From a virus, in the IMG/VR virus record IMGVR_UViG_3300028025_000091, positions 109,790-173,789 of that record: DNA of 64,000 bases. One strand, written 5' to 3'. A program made the translations under genes and the position numbers. Below, piece by piece: positions 9,820 through 18,038 of this stretch; position 1 is the first letter of the stretch, and each line of letters opens with the position of its first letter. The notes under the pieces were generated by a model. That model searched no databases and was not told the origin of the DNA. It saw only the letters and a program-made list of their open reading frames with translations.

Positions 9820-10047
9820 ATGAAAGAGAAACAATTAACAGCAGTAGAACAAGCAGCAGTTGCTTTAAGATTATGGTCAAATGCTTGGAGGGAATTTGAT
9901 AAGACAGGTAAAAATAAACCTGAATCATTTGAAAAAGTAATTGAACCGTTTATTAAAATGGAGAAGGAGTCACTCCAGGAATCCTATGTTAATGGATATG
10001 CAAAAACCAAAAAGATGCTTATACAATTTAAACAACAAGAACAATGA
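9820..10047 (+). CDS. Cassette-borne hypothetical protein, paralog of 63306-63509
   Basis: Ends KQQEQ; 77 bp identical to 63430-63506. Confidence 0.75.
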   Translation: MKEKQLTAVEQAAVALRLWSNAWREFDKTGKNKPESFEKVIEPFIKMEKESLQESYVNGYAKTKKMLIQFKQQEQ

Positions 10048-10292
10048 AAGAAATCCTTTATTTCTCAGCCAGCTGGTGTATGCCTTGTAAACGCTTCAAA
10101 CCAGTTATGGAACAGGTAGGACAAAGTATACCTGTACGATTTGTAAATGTAGATGAAGACCCTCAATTGTCTTCCCAATACAATATCAGAAGCGTACCTA
10201 CATTGGTATTTTTAAAAGACGGACAAGAAGCAGACAAATCAATCGGAGTTTTAACGGAATCACAAGTAAAAGAAAAATGGAATCTACTTTAG
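10044..10292 (+). CDS. Thioredoxin
   Basis: FSASWCMPCK, IRSVPTL. Confidence 0.92.
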   Translation: MKEILYFSASWCMPCKRFKPVMEQVGQSIPVRFVNVDEDPQLSSQYNIRSVPTLVFLKDGQEADKSIGVLTESQVKEKWNLL

Positions 10293-11059
10293 GAAGAATA
10301 GAAGATTATAACAAAACGTTACCTATTATAGAATTGTATCGTTGCGTTCAAAGCGAGGGATCTCGTTTTGGACGCCCAACGATTGCAGTTCGCACAACAG
10401 GTTGTACTCACCGTTGCTACTTTGGTGAAGGGGGTTGGTGTGATTCTTGGTACACAAGCATCCACCCCGAGAAAGGAACATTCAACTTTAACGATATTAT
10501 TCGTATTTATGATGAAAACCCACATATCAAAGAAATGATGCTAACGGGTGGTTCACCTACTATGCATCCTAAATTGGTTAATGAATTAACACATTTTGCA
10601 CATGAAAGAGGTATTCTCATTACTATTGAAACCGAAGGTTCTCATTTCCTCGCTACTGACTATCCTATATCTCTTATTAGTCTCAGTCCTAAGTTTAGCA
10701 ATAGTGTTCCCGTTGTGGGTGTTGCCACGCCGAATGGTTCTATTACGGATGAGAAGATGGTTACCCAACATAACAAACATCGATTAAAATTAGATACAAT
10801 CAAACAAACACTGGAATACCACTCAGATTATCACTATAAACCAGTTTGGGATGGTACAGAAGAAAATCTAAATGAAATTGAAACATTCCGCTTAGCATTA
10901 GATATCCCTAAAGACAAAACCTATATCATGCCCGCTGGCGATACAAGAGAAGAATTAATTAAAATGTATCCACTTGTATTTGATATGTGTGCTGAAAAAG
11001 GATACAACATGACAGGAAGAGATCATATTATTGCATTTGACACTAAAAGAGGAGTATAA
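10277..11059 (+). CDS. queE: 7-carboxy-7-deazaguanine synthase (radical SAM)
   Basis: QSEG...G.P...VR..GC..RC.......CDS, LTGGSP, IETEG, LSPK. Confidence 0.92.
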   Translation: MESTLGRIEDYNKTLPIIELYRCVQSEGSRFGRPTIAVRTTGCTHRCYFGEGGWCDSWYTSIHPEKGTFNFNDIIRIYDENPHIKEMMLTGGSPTMHPKLVNELTHFAHERGILITIETEGSHFLATDYPISLISLSPKFSNSVPVVGVATPNGSITDEKMVTQHNKHRLKLDTIKQTLEYHSDYHYKPVWDGTEENLNEIETFRLALDIPKDKTYIMPAGDTREELIKMYPLVFDMCAEKGYNMTGRDHIIAFDTKRGV

Positions 11060-11256
11060 TGAAAAGAGAAACACCAATGAAAAGACCAAAACGTAAAGAA
11101 AAACACCTCCATATGGTTACTTGGGATGGTACACGTTATGAATCAATTAACATGCCTGATTATTTAGCAGATGACTATGTTAGAGAGTTTGATTTAGTAC
11201 ATACCCCAAAAACTATTGAATTAAAGGAATGGATTAATAAAAAAACCAGGAAGTAG
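11059..11256 (+). CDS. Hypothetical protein
   Basis: 65-aa ORF coupled to the queE stop. Confidence 0.5.
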   Translation: MKRETPMKRPKRKEKHLHMVTWDGTRYESINMPDYLADDYVREFDLVHTPKTIELKEWINKKTRK

Positions 11257-11297
11257 ATAATTATCCGTTAGGTATCTGATATGTATAATAAAAACAG

Positions 11298-12269
11298 ATG
11301 CCTACATATCCTTTTTTAACCCGAGCGTATGGACCTAATGCAAAAGGATCTACACTAACATGGGAAGATTTAGATAATAGTTTATTATTCCTCTCAGAAT
11401 CTATCAATGAACTTAATTTTGAACCATTATCAGGTTCAAATTATCTTTTTGTAGAAGCAAATAGTACACCAACTCAAAATGGTTTATCACTATCTGCTTC
11501 TTACGCTCAAGCAAAAGCTAGTTCCCCATCAGCTACAAATAGAATTTCTATTTTAGTTAGTCCTGGTGAATATACTTTTGCCTCTACTTTTACTTTAAAT
11601 ACTCAATATATTGATGTAGTATCTCTTACAGGTGAATGTGATGTATTAGTAACTGGTAGTGGTACTATTCAAATCGGTGCAAACGATGTTTATGTAAGAG
11701 GTATTGATGTTGATGTTAAAAACTTTACTATAACAGCAAGTTTACCTTTACTTAAAGTAAAAAATTGTAAAGGTGGAGATTTCAGTTTTGGAGGCTATCC
11801 AGACCCAACAACAGGAGGTACTCCTTCTCCTGGATACACTGTTGTAGGAACATTTATAGACTGTGAAGGTGGGAATATTAGCTTTGCCGGTAATGGATCA
11901 GCATATGGTACTTTTATAAATTGTACTGCAGGTAGTGGTTCATTTGGTAATTATTGTGATGGTACATTTATAGATTGTATTGCTGGTGATTCTAGTTTCG
12001 CTACTCTTGGAGATATTGAAGGAGGAACTTTAGAAAATTGTGTTGGTGGGGCAGATAGTTTTGCCTCTGTTGGAAATATATCTGAATCTATTCTTAGAAA
12101 CTGTACAGGTGGACAAAATAGTTTTGCTTTCAACACCAATATTTCCGGAATATTACAAGATTGCAGATTAACAAATGGAAGTTTTTCCTCAACTGGTACA
12201 AATATTGCCCCTGGAGGTCAATTAATTACATGCATTAACTCAGATAACACTCCTATAACATACCCATAA
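11298..12269 (+). CDS. Putative virion/tail-associated protein with beta-helix-like repeats
   Basis: N-terminal KGSTLTWEDLDN motif; repeated GTF.DC.GG..SF units; preceded by ATATGTATAA. Confidence 0.6.
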   Translation: MPTYPFLTRAYGPNAKGSTLTWEDLDNSLLFLSESINELNFEPLSGSNYLFVEANSTPTQNGLSLSASYAQAKASSPSATNRISILVSPGEYTFASTFTLNTQYIDVVSLTGECDVLVTGSGTIQIGANDVYVRGIDVDVKNFTITASLPLLKVKNCKGGDFSFGGYPDPTTGGTPSPGYTVVGTFIDCEGGNISFAGNGSAYGTFINCTAGSGSFGNYCDGTFIDCIAGDSSFATLGDIEGGTLENCVGGADSFASVGNISESILRNCTGGQNSFAFNTNISGILQDCRLTNGSFSSTGTNIAPGGQLITCINSDNTPITYP

Positions 12270-12282
12270 TTTAAATAAGAAT

Positions 12283-15200
12283 ATGACAACTTATTCATTT
12301 ATACAATACGATGTTTTAAACAATTTGATGTCCTTTAAAGGAACACCAACCCCAGGTTTAAAGACACTTATTAAAAACAATAATTCTAATATTTCTTCTA
12401 TTAGAGATATTTTACAAAATGACCAATATGCAGGCGATACTGTAGTCCCAACAGCAGCATCTTCAGCAATAATTAGTTTTTTAGGGGCTACTCCTGAAAT
12501 TAATTTAGCTAATTCAAAAACAATTATTTTAACTATTGAAATCATTGATGATACATCAATAGGAAATACAGTTATAGTTTCTAAAAACTTAGACGGAACT
12601 AAAACAGTTGTTACTAAAGGAGGATTATCATTAGCTATTGAAAACATCAAACCATCTAAAAAATGGGATACGATGGGCAAATGTGATAACTGTCTTAAAT
12701 TTGCATTTAGTTCATCAAACGCATATAATTTTACAGGAAATTTAGGAGGTGCATGGAACGGTACATTTAAAAATGGACAAAAAGTTTATGAATTTTATAT
12801 ACCAAACTATTCATCTCCTGTAGGATTTGGATCTACTGAATTATATAGAATATATTGGAAACCTAACATCACATATTCGGGTATTAATTACAATGGTACT
12901 CCATTTACTATTACTAATAAACATAAGTGGATAGCTACTCCTGCATCTACAATGGATGTACTTAATGATAATACATTTTTCCACGTTTTAGATAATTTTG
13001 ATGCTCCTTGTCCGTATGCTTTAGCTCCTTCATGGTATAATTTCTTTGGAAAGGAAGGATTTTTCCTATTAAATTCTGTTCCACAAACAACTCAAACAAA
13101 ACCTTGCCCTAATTTTATCCCAACCCCAGGAACAGTAAATTGGGGATACAATTGTGGAACAAATGGTTGTGTATCCTCCCCTTCAGGATCAATAGGTGAA
13201 TTTGCTACTCTAGCGGCATGTCAAGTAAGTTGTAGTTTACCTACTCCTCCAGCAAGTAGCAGCAATGGATATAACTGTATTGATGGAGATTGTGTTGAAA
13301 GTCAAATTTCAGGAACATTTCAATATACTACTTTAGCTCAATGTGAAGCAAGTTGTAGTGCTCCTTCCCCTGTAACAAGTAGCTGGTATGCTTGTACTCA
13401 AAATGGATGTGTTCAAGTACCATCTGGTTCAGCAGGAGCATTCGTAACTCAAGCAGAATGTGAATCTATTTGTAATATCCCAGTAGGTGGAACTCCAACA
13501 ACATGTAGTTGTGATCCTGATTTAAGTCCTGTTATAAACCCAAGTTTTTTCTTAGGATCAACAGGATGGACATTTTCACCATCTGCTTTCACCCCAGGAA
13601 TTGGTAGTTGGGATTTTTCACAAGGATATGCTCAAGCTGAGACTGGTGTTACTATGAGTGCACAAAATACTTCAAGTGTATCTTTAACTCAAGCTAACTT
13701 GTTTACACTTTCATGTTCATATGACGTATGTTTCCAAGCATGGACTGGAAATCCTACAAATAATGCCTTAATTACTATTGATACAGGAAATTATACTACT
13801 AATTTACCTCAAGGAACTAGTCCTTTAACAACTGTACCAACAGCATATTCATTTACTATAAACAATATTGAAACTAATGATCTAACTTTATTCTTTGGAT
13901 TAGATATTACTGGCTCAAGTGCAAGAATAAATGTAGATAATGTTTGTGTAACTTTAATTGGATGTCCTCCACCTCCACCACCACCATCTGAAGGTACAGG
14001 ATCAGTAATTCCACCTGAAGATTGTTACATTACTGGATCTATATATTCTTATGTATCTGCTTCTTATGATTGTTTATGCCCTGAAGGATATGTATCTGAT
14101 GGAAGTGGAAGTTGTATTAATAATACCCCAACAATTGTACTTGCTAATTCAGGTCTTTATACTCCATCAAGTATATCCCAATCAAATATAGGTTGGCCTC
14201 AAGGTAATGGTAATATAATACCTGGTTTTTCAATTAACCAACCAAGTACATTATATGCAATTGACCCAACTAATGTTGCAGGATATATCCCGGCAATGGT
14301 TGGTATGGCTCAACCTATATTATTTTACAGTTGGAGTTTTAATGGTGCTGGTTACTCATCAACAAATAACACATCTTCATTTTCTGGAAGTTCTTTAGTG
14401 TATAATACTCAATATACTTTTGATATATTAAAAAATAATTTCTGGTACCAACCAGATTTAGGTCAAAACTGGACTGCAAGATGGGTTGCTCAACTAGCAA
14501 GACAAACAACAATTGGAACACCAAGTAATGGGTTTCCTTCAAATGATAGATGGACAGGAATGGGTACTACTATAAGTGCATCCTCCGCAAAGACATATTA
14601 TATCGGGATTATAGGTCAAGGAGCCATGAAAATTAAATTGGATGGTAACACAATACTTTGCACATCCCCTTCAGTAACAAATACTCCTTTATACAACCAA
14701 GCTACTTATCCAGCATATGCCCAAAACGGCTATGCAAGATACCCAAATTATCCTTATGGTCTTTATAATTGGGGGGTATTACCATCACCACTATTTGGTT
14801 TTAATAATACTCTTACTAGTTCGATCTCAAGTTCTTATTTTGACTTTTATTTTCAAAATGCTGGTCCTGAATATGCTTTTGTTGATCCACCAAACACATT
14901 TGCAGGAAATGGTAAATTCCTTTCAGCATATAATTTATACCTTTACCCAGTAACTATGTCTGCGGGATGTCATCAAATTAATATTGAAGCTAATCCTGAT
15001 AATTTTAAATATTGTATATCTTATCAAGGTTTCTTAGGTGGAATTATTTTAGATAATACAGCAGAACAATTAGTTAGTGCTAGTAATTATAACGATTTAA
15101 ATATTGTTTGGGATTCAACATATTTAGACCCAATTACTTCTTCATTTCTAGGATATAGTAATAATAATGCAATTACTGAAAGTTATTACCTTTACACATA

Positions 15201-16419
15201 TGATGTAACCACAATCCCTCCAACATCATCATATATTTCCTGGTGCCCTTCAGGATCAACTGCTATTAGTGGAAGTCCATGTAATGGATGTTTAAAATCT
15301 GGAAGTATAAATAGTACAATAGCATGTGGTAATTGTTTAGAATGTACTCATGGTTTATTATATAACGGATATGTAGTAGATAAAGGTAGTGCTCCTCTAC
15401 AAGGACGTGGTCCTGGTGGAATTGTCAATACTGGATCAGCTAATGCTACCACTTGGGTTATACCAACCGAATCAGATTGGAATAACTTAGTAACTTTCTT
15501 AAACAATAATACAGCACCTGTTGATGTAACTATAACAGGTAGTTTAGGAACAATTGCTGGTGGTAAATTAAAAGATTACACTAGAGATTTAGAAGCTACT
15601 TGTTGGGAAAATCCAAATATTGGAGCCCAAACAAATACAGGTTCAAGTGGATGGACAGGAACAGCAGGTGGAAGACGTAAAGACGACGGTACATTTGAAG
15701 GTCTTGGATTTGAAGGATTATGGTGGAGTGCTAACTCGTTATCAACCCCACCAATTCAAAATGGAGCATTAATGGCCGCTCGCCGTTTAGAACACTATTC
15801 AGCTGATGTTTATAGAGATATTTTCCCTAAAAGCTATGGTTGTTCAATCCGTTTAGTTAGACCTGCTACAACCGGTGAAACAAATGGAATGTTTATCCCG
15901 GATGCATATGTTGGTAAAAACGGAACCATGTATGATGGTATTGTAATTAATGATCAAGTTTGGATTGATAAAAACTTATCTGAAACATTATATAATAATG
16001 GTACTGCGATTACAATTACTACCCCAAATGGTCTTTGGAGTTCAACCCCAGCAGTAGCAACAGCAACATCATGTTATTACGATAATAATGCTACTAATGC
16101 TAACATTTTAAATGGAAATATAAACCCTGTAACTCAAGAATGTTATATCTTCCCAACATATTACATATATGAAAAATGTGATGGGTCTGAATTTTTAGTA
16201 CAACCTGTTTCAGGTAGCACTACTACTGTAGGAAAAGTATTAAAAGATTCAAATTCAGATTGCTGGTCATTCTTTGAATCATCTGAAGGAATCCCAACAT
16301 ACCCTCACACATATTCCACAACTAATTATTTCTCAGGAAGTAATGTGATATACAATAATTGTAATGAATGTGAAGCGATTCATACCATTTACATGAAATT
16401 TGGAACTAAAAACTGTTAA
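12283..16419 (+). CDS. Large Cys/Ser/Thr-rich virion or adhesin protein with a FISUMP-like (Fib_succ_major) domain
   Basis: Three Y.C...GCV...F.TLA.C..SC repeats; GLLYN, PT..DW..L, AGGKLK, WWS, SIRLVR, QVW..KNL motifs. Confidence 0.65.
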   Translation: MTTYSFIQYDVLNNLMSFKGTPTPGLKTLIKNNNSNISSIRDILQNDQYAGDTVVPTAASSAIISFLGATPEINLANSKTIILTIEIIDDTSIGNTVIVSKNLDGTKTVVTKGGLSLAIENIKPSKKWDTMGKCDNCLKFAFSSSNAYNFTGNLGGAWNGTFKNGQKVYEFYIPNYSSPVGFGSTELYRIYWKPNITYSGINYNGTPFTITNKHKWIATPASTMDVLNDNTFFHVLDNFDAPCPYALAPSWYNFFGKEGFFLLNSVPQTTQTKPCPNFIPTPGTVNWGYNCGTNGCVSSPSGSIGEFATLAACQVSCSLPTPPASSSNGYNCIDGDCVESQISGTFQYTTLAQCEASCSAPSPVTSSWYACTQNGCVQVPSGSAGAFVTQAECESICNIPVGGTPTTCSCDPDLSPVINPSFFLGSTGWTFSPSAFTPGIGSWDFSQGYAQAETGVTMSAQNTSSVSLTQANLFTLSCSYDVCFQAWTGNPTNNALITIDTGNYTTNLPQGTSPLTTVPTAYSFTINNIETNDLTLFFGLDITGSSARINVDNVCVTLIGCPPPPPPPSEGTGSVIPPEDCYITGSIYSYVSASYDCLCPEGYVSDGSGSCINNTPTIVLANSGLYTPSSISQSNIGWPQGNGNIIPGFSINQPSTLYAIDPTNVAGYIPAMVGMAQPILFYSWSFNGAGYSSTNNTSSFSGSSLVYNTQYTFDILKNNFWYQPDLGQNWTARWVAQLARQTTIGTPSNGFPSNDRWTGMGTTISASSAKTYYIGIIGQGAMKIKLDGNTILCTSPSVTNTPLYNQATYPAYAQNGYARYPNYPYGLYNWGVLPSPLFGFNNTLTSSISSSYFDFYFQNAGPEYAFVDPPNTFAGNGKFLSAYNLYLYPVTMSAGCHQINIEANPDNFKYCISYQGFLGGIILDNTAEQLVSASNYNDLNIVWDSTYLDPITSSFLGYSNNNAITESYYLYTYDVTTIPPTSSYISWCPSGSTAISGSPCNGCLKSGSINSTIACGNCLECTHGLLYNGYVVDKGSAPLQGRGPGGIVNTGSANATTWVIPTESDWNNLVTFLNNNTAPVDVTITGSLGTIAGGKLKDYTRDLEATCWENPNIGAQTNTGSSGWTGTAGGRRKDDGTFEGLGFEGLWWSANSLSTPPIQNGALMAARRLEHYSADVYRDIFPKSYGCSIRLVRPATTGETNGMFIPDAYVGKNGTMYDGIVINDQVWIDKNLSETLYNNGTAITITTPNGLWSSTPAVATATSCYYDNNATNANILNGNINPVTQECYIFPTYYIYEKCDGSEFLVQPVSGSTTTVGKVLKDSNSDCWSFFESSEGIPTYPHTYSTTNYFSGSNVIYNNCNECEAIHTIYMKFGTKNC

Positions 16420-16437
16420 TATATAAAAAAATAAAAA

Positions 16438-18000
16438 ATGGCATTCAATTATAATACTAATATCAAAAACATTTTATTATCAATGTCCCTTAGCCCGTAT
16501 TTACCTACGGGCTCAAGTGTAGGATATGGTTTTAAAATGGCCTATAGTGGATCTAGAACAGGATCCCTTTCAGGGTCTATAACAATATATGATACTGGTT
16601 TAGTATCTACAGGAACCGCTTCATTACAAGTTTTTGTTCCCACATCTTCCTATTTAGATACAGGACTTATTTCCCAATCAATAGCTGCACTAGTAACTCA
16701 GTATACTAATTTCCCTACAGGTACTGCAGATGAAACTATTTCTACTCAAATTATTTATTCTCCTGGAGAAATTACACCTTTAGCTTGTAGCTCAACGTGT
16801 TATCAAGGAGAAACTTATCCATGGGTATGGGATACTCCAACATTAAACCCCCCAGAAATATATACTAGCTTAGTAAATAGACAAACTGTACGACCACTAA
16901 AAGGTGGTGTTTCAATTACATCAACTTCCCATTCAACACCATTTACAAATGGTACTGTTGGAACAATGGGTCTTATATGTCAAGATTCGGCATCTGGTGC
17001 TATAGTTGGTTTAACAAATAATCACGTAGTAATTAGAGATGCTTTTTATACTAGTCAAAGAACCTATACAAACCCACAAAACGAATATAACTTAAACGAT
17101 TCAAGTACTACAGTTCAAGGGGATTATGTATATCAAACAGGTGACTCCCAACCAGTAAATCCTGGAGGAGCAAATGAAATAGGTAGAGTATTAAGATATG
17201 TCCCTATTTACACCTCAGCTTCAATTGCAGCTAATCCTTCTTTAGTAAATAACGTAGATGCTGCTATATTTTCTTTATATTGTACTTCTAGTACAGGACA
17301 AACAATTATAAATTTTTCTCAAGTAGGAGGTGAACAAGTAGGATTAACTTATGGATCTACAATTCCATTTGCATCAACTGTTGAAATTGACCAATTGATG
17401 AACTCAAACTATGAACTTTTCAGTTCAGGTAGAACTACAGGACCTAAAGGTTCTCCTAGCACATTATGTCCTTTAAGAATACTTGGTTATAAATCATTCC
17501 CTATAAAATATCCACTTCAAGGAGTTCAAACATTATCTTATTTTACAGATGTAATTGCGTTTGTTAAACCTAACAATAGTGCTTCTTATAACCCTGGTAC
17601 AAGTAATTCAATTGTTGATATTTGCCCTTGGCCAGTATGGGGTGGAGATTCAGGATCTACATTAATAGCTAATATTGGTGGTGTTTGGAAAGTTGTTGGT
17701 TTAGTATTTGCAGGAGATGGTCTTGCTTATAATCCTCAAACTGGTTCTCCAAGTGCTCTTTTACCAAATGGGACATTAGTACCATATCAAATAGCATCTT
17801 CAGTAGGATACGCTTGCCGTATAGATCAAGTAGCAGCTCAATTAGGAATTAAAGCATGGACTGGGAGTGCAGCACCCGTGGTAGATCATAGTACAATCAC
17901 ATACAAAACAATATCAGGAAGTAATAGTACTAAAACTTTAGTTTGTAGTGGTTCAACTTATTGGCAAGTTGGTCTTACAGAAAAACATAACATTTGTTAA
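16438..18000 (+). CDS. Trypsin-like (S1/PA clan) serine protease in a structural gene block
   Basis: GTMG, LTNNHV (His), VDAA (Asp), GRTTG, GGDSGS (Ser), VGLVFAG. Confidence 0.8.
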   Translation: MAFNYNTNIKNILLSMSLSPYLPTGSSVGYGFKMAYSGSRTGSLSGSITIYDTGLVSTGTASLQVFVPTSSYLDTGLISQSIAALVTQYTNFPTGTADETISTQIIYSPGEITPLACSSTCYQGETYPWVWDTPTLNPPEIYTSLVNRQTVRPLKGGVSITSTSHSTPFTNGTVGTMGLICQDSASGAIVGLTNNHVVIRDAFYTSQRTYTNPQNEYNLNDSSTTVQGDYVYQTGDSQPVNPGGANEIGRVLRYVPIYTSASIAANPSLVNNVDAAIFSLYCTSSTGQTIINFSQVGGEQVGLTYGSTIPFASTVEIDQLMNSNYELFSSGRTTGPKGSPSTLCPLRILGYKSFPIKYPLQGVQTLSYFTDVIAFVKPNNSASYNPGTSNSIVDICPWPVWGGDSGSTLIANIGGVWKVVGLVFAGDGLAYNPQTGSPSALLPNGTLVPYQIASSVGYACRIDQVAAQLGIKAWTGSAAPVVDHSTITYKTISGSNSTKTLVCSGSTYWQVGLTEKHNIC

Positions 18001-18038
18001 TGTAAAAATAAAAATAATATTTATAATAAAACTCAAAC

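Larger units (their letters stand above)
9590..10047 (+). repeat. Cassette cluster 1: three copies of the 18-bp junction AAACAACAAGAACAATGA
   Basis: Copies at 9590-9607, 9806-9823 (1 mismatch) and 10030-10047, each supplying the ATG of the next ORF. Confidence 0.9.

Noticed and set aside
9820-10047. Paralog pair 9820/63306 as DGR template and variable repeats
   Set aside because: Differences are not confined to adenines and no reverse transcriptase is in the window.
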